From Catajapyx aquilonaris (Eukaryota), in contig JYFJ02001109.1 in assembly GCA_000934665.2 (NCBI GenBank), forward strand, positions 1 through 64,000: a stretch of DNA of 64,000 nt. Direction: 5' to 3'. Shown here piece by piece: positions 37,127 to 47,200 of this stretch. The first letter of the stretch is position 1, and the number at the start of each line of letters is the position of its first letter. The notes under the pieces were generated by a model. It worked only from the letters and a program-made list of their open reading frames with translations, was not told the DNA's origin and searched no databases. Position numbers and translations under genes: made by a program.

Positions 37127-40100
37127 CCAAAGTAGCACATTGATATCCATAGGACATCCATGGATGTCACACCGATCTGACTCGATATCCAGGGGACATC
37201 CCCCAGATTACGCCCAGATGGATGCCCAAATGTCACAATAATAGTATGCCCCCAAGATGCTCGAATACGATATCCACAGGAGACATCCAGGCTGGATTTC
37301 AAGTCAAGGGCGTAGAATTGTCGGACAAGGCTCCGGGAAGTGAAAGTTGGAATTTGTCACGGTCCGTAACGAACTTTGTCACGGTCCGTCACGTTGGTCA
37401 TATTATGCCAGACCGATCAGACTCGATATCCAGGGGACATCCGGGTACATCCAGATTACGCACAGATGGATGCCAAAATGTCACAAGAATAGTATGTCCA
37501 CAGGATGCTCGAATCTGATATCCAGGAGACATCCAGGCTGGATTTCAAGTAAAGGGTGTAGAATTGTCGGTACAATGCTCAGAGTAGTGAAAGTTGGACT
37601 TTGTCATGGTCCGTCACGGACTTGTCACGGTCAGTAACGTTTGCCATATTACGTCAGACCGATCAAACTCGACATCCAGGGGACATCCACATTACGTCCC
37701 AAGGATATCCCTTGTATGCCCAAATGCCACAGGCCACAGGCCACAAGATTAGGATGTCCAGAAGATGCTCAAATCCGATATCCAGAAGACATTCAGGCTG
37801 AATTTCAAGTAAAGGGCATAGAATTGTAGGTACAATGTTCCTGGTAGTGATAGTTGAACTTTGTCACGGTCAGTAACGTTACCAGATCCGTCACGGTCCG
37901 TCACGTTGGTCATATTATGCCAGACGGATCACACTCAACATACAGTTTGGATGCTGAAGGGAAATTCAACCTGGATATCTCTTGGATATCGGTTTCGTGC
38001 ATCTTTTGGACATCCTATTATTGTGACATCCAGAGGATATCACAGGGCGTCATCTGGATGCACCCTGATCCGTCCCGTTGGCCATATTATGTCATATCCA
38101 GCCATCCAGGAGATAGCTAGGTTGGATGTCCCTTGAGGATCCAACCTGGATATCTCCTGGATATCGGATTCGGGCATCTTCTGGACATCCTATTCTTGTG
38201 ACATTTGTGAGTTGGATTTTGTCACGGTCCGTCACGTTGGCCGTATTAAGTCAGACCGATCAGACTCGACATTCAGATTACGCCCCATGCGTATCCCCTG
38301 GATGCTCAATTGTCACAATAATAGGATGTCCAGAAGATGCCCGAATCCGATATCCAGGAGTCATCCATGCTGGATTTCCCTTCAGCATCCAAATTAGATG
38401 TCGATTCTGATCTGTCTGGCATAATATGCCCAACGTGACGTGACGGATATCGGATTCGGGCATCTTCTGGACATCCTATTATTGTGACATTTGGACATCC
38501 ATGGGGATATCCACGGGGCGTAATCTGGATGTCCCCTGGATGTAGAGTCTGATCGAGCTGACATAATATGGCCATCGTTACGGACCGTGACTGAGCTGGC
38601 AACGTTATGGACAGTGACAAGTCCGTGACGAACTGTGTCAGAGTTACGGCGACCAGACCATAAAGGCTCCACGCCAATGTATCTCATCATCCACAATTAT
38701 ACAATAGCTAATCAAAATCAAGATTTTACATTTACTGTCCTCACGTGACGGACAGTGACAAACTCCAACTTTCGCGACCCGGAGCATTATACCGGCTATA
38801 CTTCCAGCCTGACATAGGTCTGACATAATATAGCCAATGTGACGGACCGTGACAAAGACCCACTTTCACAACCCGGAGCATTATACCGACAATTCTACGG
38901 CTATACTTCCAGCCTGACATAGGTCTGACGTAAATATAGCCAATGTGACGGACCGTGACAAGTCCGTGACGGACCGTGACAAAGACCCACTTTCACAACC
39001 CGGAGCAATATACCGACATTTCTAGGCCTTCACTTGAAGCAATAATACTTAAGACCCTCATTAAGTCCACCTCAAAAAAACTCCCATCTGTCGGCCCCAT
39101 TTGGAAGCCTGGAAGCCATTTTGTCAAGCCCTCCCACTCGGCAATTGGCAGACGCTGGACATTAATGTTGAAAAATGGCCGTCTCTTGGCTGCCTGATGA
39201 CTTCTATTCTCCTGCCCATCATTCATTCTAGGGAAGGGAAAACCAAGTCTAGGCCTGGGTGAATCTTTAAGGTGAGACTTATTCCAAGCAGCTGCCCCTT
39301 TTCAAAAAAGGGGGATGTCGTGTGACGTTCCATGTCAAAATATCTTCATTTATTTTTGTCTGACTTAAGCTGTTTTGCAGATGGCGCTTCAGCTGTTGAG
39401 CTGAGACCCAAATAAGACCCGGTTCCAAATAAAACCAGCTACACAATGGCTGACTGATCTTTGTTGACCACTACAGCCCAGGTAGCACGTAGATATCCAC
39501 AGACAGGAGCACAGGACATCCCCTGGATGCCAGACCGATCAGGCACGGCATGCAGGGGACATCCAGTGTGCATCCAGATTACTTCATATGGGTTTTTTTT
39601 AAATTAAAAAAATCATACCCCGTGCTAGAGCCTTTGGTTCCCTTAGGGGGGTGGATTACCACCATTGGATGGGAGGGAAGGAAGCGGCTGTGGCCTATTT
39701 TTACGAAAACGACCCCGGAATTGTCCTTGGGGGGACCATGGAAAACCATAGAAAACCATGGTCAGGGTCGCCGGTCCCGGGATTCGAACCCAGTACCTCC
39801 CGATTAGCAAGCGAGCTCCTTAACCTCTACACAAACCTGCTTCGGTACTCCACAGGGATATTGCTCAGATGCCCATACGTCACAAGATTGAGTATGTTCC
39901 CAAGATGCTCTAAGTCGATATCCATGTGATATCCAGGAACGTTCAGATTCCATGATATTCAGACTGGATGCTCATGTTTGGATGCTCATGGGACATCCAC
40001 TGATGCAGGAACGTTCAAATTCCATCCATGAGATATTCATACAACCCAGGTAGCATGTAGATATCCACAGGACATCCCCTGGATGCCGGGCTTATCAGAC

Positions 40101-41020
40101 TCGGCATGCAGGGGACATCCAGTTTGCATCCACTCCACATGGATATTACGAGATGTCCAAATGTTACCAGATTGCATATCCTCAAGATGTTCGAAATCAA
40201 TATCCATGAGATATCCAGACTGGATGTTCATGAGGCATCCACTGGATATCCAGGAACGTTCGAATTCCATCCATGAGATATTCAGGTTGGATGTTCATTG
40301 AACATTCAATCTGGATGATCATGGGACATCCATTGCAAATCCAGGAAATGTCCAAATTCCACCCATCGGATATCCATGCCGGACAAGCTGACGTCCCAAA
40401 TCTGGAGTTCTCATGGACATCCAAAGAGAACATCAGTGGCAGGTTTGCTGTCAAGTTCGTATGCCCACTGGACATCCCTGAGCACCCTAGTCCGTATATA
40501 CAGGCTGGGGATCCAACCCGGATCTTTCTGGATGCCAACTAGACATCGCCCTGCGACATCCTAAGGATATCTACATATCCATTGAATCTCTAATTTTTCA
40601 ATATCCGCAGGATGTCACTGTGCTGCTTGTGTTATCTAGACCCTTTAACTACATGATATGTAGATGTCTGTGGGATATCTTCAGGACATCCAAATATCCA
40701 AAGATCCACATTGGATCCCTGTGGATATCACTGGGAGCAGAGCCCGGATATTTTCGGATGCCCAATGTACAATCTGGATCCCTTAACTACATGATTTGCG
40801 GATGTCTGTGGGATATCCGCAGGACATCCAATTATCCAAAGATCCTGTGGACATCCCTGGGAGCAGAGCCCGGATATTTTCGGATGCCCAATGTACAATC
40901 TGGATCCCTTAACTACATGATTCGCGGGTGTCTGTGGGATATCTGCAGGACATCCAATTATCCAAGGATCCTGTGGACATCCCTGGGATATTACGTGGAT
41001 GTTCATGCTACCTATAGGGA
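37127..41020. mobile_element. Nest of CCCAGGTAGCA-ended (CMC/EnSpm-like) elements with GGAYRTCC and GTCACGG repeats in alternating orientations
   Basis: Termini CCCAAAGTAGCAC (~37127), CCCAGGTAGCAC (~39477), CCCAGGTAGCAT (~40046), ATGCTACCT (~41005). A 126-bp tandem at 40731-40985; unique island at ~39030-39470. Confidence 0.6.
39592..39846 (-). mobile_element. tRNA-derived SINE, family B (short form)
   Basis: Minus-strand ACCGAAGCAGG head, B box GGTTCGAATCC, AGGCCACAGCCGCTTCCTTCC body, CCCC..GGGGTAT hairpin and A-rich tail. Degenerate ~11-bp TSD. Confidence 0.85.
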
Positions 41021-41369
41021 GGTGAATCCCTGCCCCTAAATCCTGTTTCACCACCAGTCCTCTCCAATTAAACCCGGTTTCATTCTGTATTCTAAGCACC
41101 TCCCTACACCTGACATGCACCAATAAGCAGGTGTCGTAGCCACGTGCCTAGAGAGGACTATTAACTCTATTTTCCTCTTTAAATATTTTTTTCGAACCTT
41201 GCTTCCTGAATTTATGCCAAAGATTTTGCGGGGCTTCCGGTTCCCGTCGGGACACCTCATTAATAAGACTTGTCCTAAGTCCTCTAGGGGGGATTGGAGG
41301 CCCCTTCCCTCCAGGGTGATTGATGGGCTGGTAATCTTTGCGGGGAGACGGAAACGCGGCCTGAAATGA

Positions 41370-41548
41370 ACCGTTTTCTAGGCTTAGAACCGGTTTTTTT
41401 GGTGCGATCTGGTGAAACGGACTTGTAGAATCATCTAGCGGCCGAATGGGTGAAGTAGAAGGACAGCGCCAACAGCGCCAGGTTGGGTGTGCCATCTAGC
41501 GGTGGTAGGCTCAACTATAGATGGTACTGTATCTGCTACCGTGTATAA
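41370..41548. repeat. ~175-bp dispersed direct repeat (second copy 42742-42909) with CTCF-like motifs
   Basis: Shared CCGTTTTCT.GGCTTA..CGGACTTGTAG..CATCTAGCGGCCG..ACAGCGCCA..ATCTAGCG..GTACTGTATCTGCTACCGT. Confidence 0.75.
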
Positions 41549-41653
41549 TTAACAGAGGGGTTATTCACCAAGGATAGTCCGTGTATGTATAGGTACTCCG
41601 GGTAGTCCGAAGGATATTCCGAGATGTACTCCGGGTAGTTCGAAGGGTATCCC

Positions 41654-41775
41654 CATGGGGGTAACCACTTCGGTACTCCAGTGTACACCTGCGAGTGGTA
41701 CTCCCAGGTACTCCTCAGGTACCTCAGAATTTGGTACGCCAGTGTACACTTTTCTGTCGAGTGATTACCCCCTTG
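41654..41775. mobile_element. P-superfamily-like mini-MITE (122 bp), GGTAC cargo
   Basis: CATGGGGGTAACCACT .. AGTGATTACCCCCTTG with a perfect 8-bp TSD GGTATCCC (41646-41653, 41776-41783). Confidence 0.8.
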
Positions 41776-41788
41776 GGTATCCCGAGGT

Positions 41789-41915
41789 CAAGGGGTTAGC
41801 AACTCCGCCTGGAACCGGGAGGTTCCACCCGGTTCCAAGCCGGTTCCACCCGGTTCCAGGCTCGTTTCTTGGCCAGTGTGTACACCGGTTCCAGGAACTT
41901 GATGCTAACCCCTCC
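41789..41915. mobile_element. P-superfamily-like mini-MITE, GGTTCC/GGAACC cargo
   Basis: CAAGGGGTTAGCA .. TGCTAACCCCT with flanks CCCGAGGT / CCGGCGGT (6/8). Confidence 0.7.
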
Positions 41916-42741
41916 CCGGCGGTATTCCGAGGGGGTAGTCCACCCTTGACTACACCCGCGAGTAGTCCGGGTAGTCCGAGGCAGTCCAGGGTAGTCCGAA
42001 TGGTATAGTCAAGCATGGACTACAAATGAGTAGTCCGAATAGTCCGTGTGGTAGTACGCGGGAGTGTCCGGGGCATTCCGAGAGGTAGTTCGTAGGGGGA
42101 GTCCGAGTAGTCCAGCTTGAACTATATCCTCGAGTTGTCCGGTTAGTCCGGGGTAGTCCAGCCTGTATTACTACTACGGTACCCGAGTAGTCCGGGGTAG
42201 TCCGGGGGTAGTCTTATAAGGTCTAGTCCGAAGGTAGTCCGAAGGGTAGTCAAGCCAGGACTACAAATGACGGACTTAGTCCGAATAGTCTGTGGTAGTC
42301 CGGGAGTAGTCCGGGGTATTCCGAAGAGTAGTCCGAGAGTTAGTTCGAAGGGGAGTCCGCGAGTAGTCCAGCTTGAACTATATCCGCGAGTAGTCCGCCG
42401 GGTAGTCCGGGGTAGTCCGAGGGTAGTCCTATAAGGTATAGTCCGAAGGTAGTCCGGGTAGTCCGTGTATACGCAAAAATGTAAGAGAATATAACCCCTT
42501 GTAATAAACTATGTTACCAACCAACAGCCTGGACCGTGGCCTGGACTAAATCCGCGAGTAGTCCGGGGTAATCCGGGGGTAGTCCGTGTACGCAAAAATG
42601 TAAGGGAATAACCTCTTGTAATAAACAATGTTAACCTACTAACAACTAACCAACAATAGTTACACCAAAAGTGTTAAATCAGTACCAGGTGAGTCATAAT
42701 AAGCGGCTAAACAGTTACAACATATCTTAAGACAAAAACTG

Positions 42742-42909
42742 GACCGTTTTCTCGGCTTATGACCGGTTTTTCGGAGTTATTGGTGAATCGGACTTGTAGT
42801 GACATCTAGCGGCCGTATGCCTAAAGTACATATACAGCGCCAGATGCGATGTGCTATCTAGCGACGAGAATCAGAACTAGACAGTACTGTATCTGCTACC
42901 GTATATAAC
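42742..42909. repeat. Second copy of the 41370-41548 direct repeat
   Basis: Collinear similarity to 41370-41548. Confidence 0.75.
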
Positions 42910-43985
42910 AGTATTACCAACCAACAATAGCCACACCAAACATGTTAAATCAGTACAGGGTGAGTCACAACCAGTTTACAACACACAGAGAAAAAAACTC
43001 GACCTTGCACAAGGCCGCATTCCTTTGTTGAAGGTCCTACCTGGATAGCCTCAGGTGATTGGCCACACCTGGAAGCTACCTATTGTCCTGCTAGCTGATG
43101 GATTTCTTGTAACTGTTTTTTTTTAAAGGATTGTTGAACAATAGCTAGGAAGTGCTTGCTAATTGTAGGGTTTAAAAGAAGCACCTGTTCTGAGCAGGTG
43201 CAAGGTCTGGACCATGGGTCTGGACCATGATCTGGATATAGAAAATTCTAAAGTTTGTACCCCATTGTTGAGATGGGCTAATCACATGTCTGTACATTAT
43301 ATTACACAAATTTGGACAGCAGTTTAAATCATATATAACTGTTAATTATGTAACTGTTCTGAGCAGGTGTGGACCAACCATGGTGTGGACCATGTAATAT
43401 TCTAGTTTGGACCACATCGTCCACATGCGATTGGACCACATGCTTGTACACAAATTTGGACAGCAATTTAAAAATACATAACTGTTACATTATCATGTAA
43501 CTCATGTAATTTCTAGATTCTGTCCATCCAAATTTTCGCTTCACCAACCCAAGGTTCTTCTGAAGGTCATTGTTCCTCACAAAAACATCCACCATGACAG
43601 AAGGGGAGAACTAGAAAGACAAGGACCTCAAGTGGCTACAAAAAAATAGTTATTTTTTTTTGTTCAACTTCTTGGGAGAACAAGCAGATGAATAATTCCA
43701 CCCCTGTAATCCTCTAACCCTGAGTCAGTTTTTTTTGTGTGACTATTTCCAGCCCTGGCAGATTTTTCGGGAGGTCACACGAAACCCTCAGGTAGCTCAG
43801 GTAATTGGCATGTTCAGGTGTTTTTCTACCTAGTAATTTCCATCTTGTTGGACTGATTAGAAAAATAGGGGGTCAATTTTGCCCTATATTCAGCTACTGG
43901 TTGTTGTAGCTAGAAATATCTATTGTTGAGGCTATGACCTTGAATAGACAGGTCCAATCAAAAAAAATTTAAATAACTTCAATTT

Positions 43986-43996
43986 TTTATTTTATT
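43986..43996 (-). terminator. Candidate polyadenylation signals (two overlapping AATAAA) of the PDZ gene
   Basis: Minus strand reads AATAAAATAAA about 185 nt after the stop codon. Confidence 0.5.
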
Positions 43997-44179
43997 CCAC
44001 TGTACTATATCAAAAAACTCTCAATATGCCAGACTAGAGAAAACGATTAAACATGTACATCAAAATTCACAAAGTTTGGTAAAAAATATTTATATAGCTA
44101 CCGGCATTGTTATCAACACAAAAAAGGAGATCATTTTTTTGTCCATAAATTATATGTTACAAAACTAGCGGCTGCGTTA

Positions 44180-44225
44180 CTAGTCCATGGTGCCCAACTC
44201 ATCACATGATTTTGATTTAGCCGTG
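44180..44225 (-). CDS. PDZ gene coding exon 7 (terminal; [15 protein letters not shown]), missed by the ORF track
   Basis: Acceptor TTTACTCTCATTTCAG, phase 2 matches the exon 6 donor, ends TAG. Confidence 0.8.
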
Positions 44226-47200
44226 CTGAAATGAGAGTAAATAGTATTAGTGGGCTTAACTATGAAGTCATAGAGCAAGTGAGACTCAATTGTTGTCAAG
44301 AGGAGCCTTTTGATTCAGCTTCATACGAGTGTAAACTGCTGGGAATTAATGGTGTACTAGTGGCGCCACGAGCCACTGGCGGCAAAAGAGTGAATTGAAA
44401 TTTGGTCTCATTACGACCATCTTTACTGATCATAAATCAAGTGAAGGCGGTCATACGGATGGCAAATTTTGTATCGCTCTTTTTCCGCCACCGTCTGGTG
44501 GCGCCACAAGTACATCATTAATATCCAATACTGTACAACACTAGTGATTGTTATCCACTTAAATCCTTCACAAATATTCCTACTACTGTAGTGACAAATC
44601 ATTCGCAAACCTCTCTACTTGCGATAAATCGTTCACTAATCTTCCTACTAGTGTCAAATCATTCACAGATCATCTTAGTCATGGCAAATCACTCACAAAT
44701 CATCATATTTATGACAAATCATTCACAAATCATCCTATAACTTATTGTCAAATTCTCCATAAATCCTCATAGAACTATTAAATCAAGAAGGCCATCCTCC
44801 ACAAATCTTTGACAATCTTGTCGATCCTTCATAGATCTTCTTATTTATGACAAATTATTCATAAATTGTCCTATCAGTTATTGTCAAATTCTCCATAAGT
44901 CCTTACAGAACTATTTGACAATCATGGAGTTGTGTCGACCCTGAGTCACAACCTCGATTCGTACCTTGCATTGTTGGGTTGGAGAATAGTCCTACGAGCC
45001 ACGTGAAGCACCACACGCCCTGCTTTGATTTTCTTAAAGGCAGCAATGGCTTGTGCATGAGAGAGTCCTTGGACAGGCTCACCATTCACAGACAAAATTT
45101 CATCGCCTGCAAAAATTAACAAGAGGTCAGACTTGACCTCATGCAATCAGTCAAATTAGTTGTGATTATACCTTCCAACAGCTTCCCTTCCTCCGAGGCT
45201 TGTCCGTTTGGGAATATTGTCTTAACGAATATCCCCATCTTGCCCTTAGGCGAATCTGTCCCTCCAACAATGCTGAACCCCAGGCTCTTCCGACCTGACC
45301 CTTTCTCAAAGGCCACTGTTTGAATAGCGTAGGTAACAGAGCGAGGTCTACGAGGCAAGGTGCACACATCGGTGTCTCTAGGCTGTTTGCTCATAGGTAT
45401 GTCCGAGGAGATGGAGCTTGGTCGTCTGCAGTTGGGTGAGCGTACAGTGTACGGCGAACGGTACGGTGAGGAGACCAAGGTCCTGTCACCGTCCTCTGGA
45501 GATTGGCACTCTTCCTGAATGGCATTCACCATCTTTGGCTTGTATGTACCTGCAAACAAGAGGTTGGGTTGTGACAAATCCTTCACAAATAATCGACAAA
45601 TCCTTATAATATTTTAGACAAGTCATTCACAAGTCATTCTATTTTTGACATATAATTCATAAATCCTCCCATAAGGGTAATCCCGATGCATCTGAATCTC
45701 GTATGCAGTCTAAATGAATCATTGAATCAGTGTTATGAATCACTGAATCATATGGTGATTCAGTGATTCAAACCTGCACCACTGAATCAGTACTGGAATC
45801 AGAAATCACGATATGATCCCAACATGATTCAGTAAATCACTCTGAATTACTGAAATATGATTCAGTGAATCACGTTATGATCAACATATCTGCATAACTG
45901 AATCAGTACTCGCATGAGTGAATCGCCACCTGAATCAAGGAATCTCCCTCAGAATCACTGAATCATTTTTGAATCACTGAATCATTTTTGAATCGCTGAA
46001 TCATTGAATCTCGTGCAAAAACTTCGAATGTCTGGAAATTTCATGGTAGTCCAAGAGTAGTCTCAAACAGTCCCTGTTGGTGAGGAGAACAACCTGGTGT
46101 GAACGTACTGTGGCAGGCAGCTGGAAGGTTGTTATCGATGGGCTTGGTTGGTGTCGTTGACTTGTGCTTGGCAGTGGCGTCATCTGTTTCATCTCTGGCT
46201 ATGACTATGTCTACATCGCGAGGTGCGTTGCGCAGGATCCGTTGGGCTTCCTCCAGACTCACGCCCCTCAATCGCTTTCCATTCACGTTGATTATTTCAT
46301 CGCCGACCCGGAGCTGTCCATGCCTGTCAAACGGTATAAAGGTCAGTCAACTGTCACATTTGGGAGTGTGGATGACATACCTGTCAGTGACTCCTCCTGG
46401 CTCGATATATGCGATGAGATAACCCGATATAGTCTTGGATTGTCGATGGCTCGTGATGTACAGTCCTAACCCAGCAGATGGGTCTTCCTTGGTCAGCCGA
46501 TGGAGATGAAAGTGCTTAGAAGGCTGCTTCTGGTCAGTGAGGGGCAATGACCTGGGGCCATCATCCTTATGCGCATAAGGCGTGGACGGTCCATTCTGGC
46601 TGGTGAATCTGCGGATTATCTCCTGGCTGTTCATGCACAGAACTCTGGAGGGCTTCGGTGCTCGAACGGACCACTCGTGAGGAACTTCGGACTGAGCATT
46701 CTGTTGGGGAAGAGACTCGCTTCTGGACAGAAGTTTGGACTTGGGTCGGACATACTCCTGAGAATCACCACTGACGTCCGAGTGGAGCGAACCGGAGTCT
46801 GATGTTTCGTTGACAATGCCGCTGTCCGAATCGCATGGTCTGGATTCAGGTTCGGCGTCCCTCGTGGCTTCCTCGCTGGTACGCGGACCGTCGCTGTCGT
46901 ACCCTGATTCATTGGAACTGATGTACAACACTGGATTGTCGTCGCTTTTAGACGGGATGGACGTAGTTGACTGGCTCTTTGTGGTTTCGGACTTGAACTT
47001 GTCTCGGACACGGTCTAACCAGGGCTTCCCTACATTGTCGACGGACGTGGCTCGGAGGGACTTGTCGTCTTCGCCGTTCTGAAGCTTCTTCCGGGACAGG
47101 ACACTCCCGCCGTTCTCCTCCGGAAGTACTGAGAGTTTGGACCTGAGGAATGGGTAAGGAAAGTGGTTCCGCTTGGACGAGGCCGTCGCCCCTCGACCGA

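Larger units (their letters stand above)
41554..42501. mobile_element. P-superfamily-like MITE, GGTAGTCC cargo, with two nested relatives; right end re-duplicated to ~42618
   Basis: AGAGGGGTTATTC .. GAATATAACCCCTTG with flanks TAATTAAC / TAATAAAC (7/8 match). Confidence 0.75.
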
